From: Neoechinorhynchus agilis | Taxonomy: Eukaryota; Animalia; Acanthocephala | Assembly (NCBI GenBank): GCA_051530055.1 | Contig: CM121341.1 | Coordinates: forward strand, 992,001-1,056,000 | Direction: 5' to 3' | DNA: 64,000 nucleotides | The notes under the pieces: generated by a model | What the model was told of the DNA's origin: nothing | The model's input: the letters and a program-made list of their open reading frames with translations, nothing else | Database searches by the model: none | In this document: positions 62,492 through 64,000 of the stretch, in pieces | Numbering within the stretch: position 1 is the stretch's first letter | Layout of the letters: each line of letters starts with the position of its first letter | Program-made: the position numbers and the translations under genes

Positions 62492-63129
62492 GTTGGATTT
62501 TAAGCATTCTGTATACTCTTTCACTAATAAAGTTTTGTCGGCTCTTTTTTAGTTTATATAAATAGGCGATAACCAACCAGATCAGCCGAATTTTCTTTTG
62601 TTTAATGTCTGAGTGACTGTTTAAACAAGTTATCTATCTAATCGACTTGTGGATTTTTTTAACTACGATGATTTTAATTCTTTAGCTTTAAGAGCGAAGT
62701 GAATTCCTAAAAATTTATTTGATACATCTAGCAAATATGCAATCACTTATGAAATTACTATTCTTACTTTCTTTTTTAAGATTCCATGGTTTTCCCTTCC
62801 ATTTCTGGGTTTTTTTCCAAAAAATGAACAGATTAACGTAATTAGAAGAGAGATATGGCGTTCTGTTTACTGCTCCTTTCAATGTTGCATTTCTATTGGT
62901 CGGAACAGTAAACGTTGAATCAATTATCATTTCGCCATAATTCTGTTGAGATTTCAACTTCGAGAAAAGTTTAACTTGCGAGAAGAAATGAACGATTCAA
63001 ACTTTGATTATGAAACTTTGAGATTAAAAATCATACAAAGGAAAATGAAATCTGGGATTATAATTAATTTTACTTGGGTCATCAAATAACGTTCTTATAA
63101 AGTATTTCAAAAATGCTCAAGCAAAAAAA

Positions 63130-63980
63130 CGACAACTAGGAGGATTCTGCGAAGTGAAATGTATACCGGAAGGCACGTTGAACTGGATCATCATTTTCAC
63201 CCTCGAAGCGAGCTGATGAGTACATCGAGAGACATTTGCTCAATGTGCGGGAGGGTAATCGTTACAGGGATCAGAAGCTTAAATTTAACCTTAATCGAGC
63301 TGAACAAGACGCACTTCCACGAATAAAAAGGAGAGGAAGGGAAAAGTCGATTCATATTTCATTGAGTGACAAAGGCTTTGACCGAATTTCGATCGATAAA
63401 GGTGTAAAAGATGATCTTGCTACATTTATGACGGAATTGAAGCGCAGGAAGTTCAGCCGCAGGAGATTTTAAAGGAATGAGTGGCTTCATCCGTGGACCA
63501 TTACGGGTGTCCGTGGTGTTTAATGGTCAAAACAAAATGCCGATCGGCCCGATAACATTGACCACAGCGTCTTTGCTTAAAAGCAGACCAATTATTTCGG
63601 TAGTCAATGGACCCGCGTACCGATTTTCTCGCTTCCTAGTGATTAGCCCAATGCTTCAGTGTTATTTGCGGAATGTAGAGGGCTTAATTTTCTGAATGTG
63701 CGATGCAATGGTTTAAATGGTAGCCAGGTTATGTCCTTTGATTTTGTGGCAATGAGGGAACAGTACGAGGACTCGAAAAGCCGTTGAATGAGAACAAAGA
63801 AAACTTAAACGTTTTTCGGAATGCTGCCGACCGACGTGATTCGGCTCACTCGAATGGTTTTAGAGTACAACTTCATTCGATATAACGACCGAATCTATCT
63901 ACAAATCCGTGGATTGTCAATGGGAAACAGTCTTGCTTTCGAATTGGCAATCATTTTCGTCGATGATTTGGAAAAGTAGT
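63130..63980 (+). mobile_element. Degenerate Penelope-like element, RT region
   Basis: NLNRAEQDAL..IHISLSDKG, RPIISVVNGPAYRFSRFL and VLEYNFIRYNDRIYLQIRGLSMGNSLAFELAIIFVDDLEK; stops and deletions. Confidence 0.85.
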
Positions 63981-64000
63981 GTACCTTCCCACATTAAAGG

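Noticed and set aside
63212-63245. CTGATGA hammerhead core near the Penelope relic
   Set aside because: No stem II plus GAAA follows, and it lies in apparent coding remnant.
1-64000. tRNA, rRNA or snRNA genes
   Set aside because: No cloverleaf with A/B boxes and no rRNA or snRNA signature was recognised by eye; tRNAscan-SE or Infernal would be needed to exclude them.

Overview
AT-rich eukaryotic nuclear DNA from a compact-genome animal, probably an invertebrate; the species cannot be determined from the sequence. Most introns are short (about 45-65 nt) and GT-AG. Recognisable spliced genes are a LysM/TM protein (LYSMD3/4-like), mitochondrial ATP synthase delta, an F-box/WD40 protein, presenilin, tafazzin, a PIGBOS1-like microprotein, DPH7, mitochondrial aspartate aminotransferase (GOT2) and a PH-RhoGAP (ARHGAP21/23-like), plus several orphan ORFs. 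Intergenic and intronic DNA holds about ten fragments of CRE-clade (RLE-type) non-LTR retrotransposons, one with a clean 15-bp TSD, a CR1/L2-like LINE relic, a Penelope-like RT relic, many MITE-like foldbacks and four local satellite arrays. The most unusual signals are these: (1) the only presenilin intron looks like a TIR element abutting both splice sites and has no canonical donor; (2) a tafazzin junction has no AG acceptor but has a hairpin starting at the donor; (3) one satellite unit resembles spliced-leader RNA architecture, and several start codons have acceptor-like AG immediately upstream. All three need RNA-seq or raw-read checks, because single-base assembly errors could explain the first two and chance in AT-rich DNA the third. 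Exon coordinates were derived by hand and may be off by a few bases.
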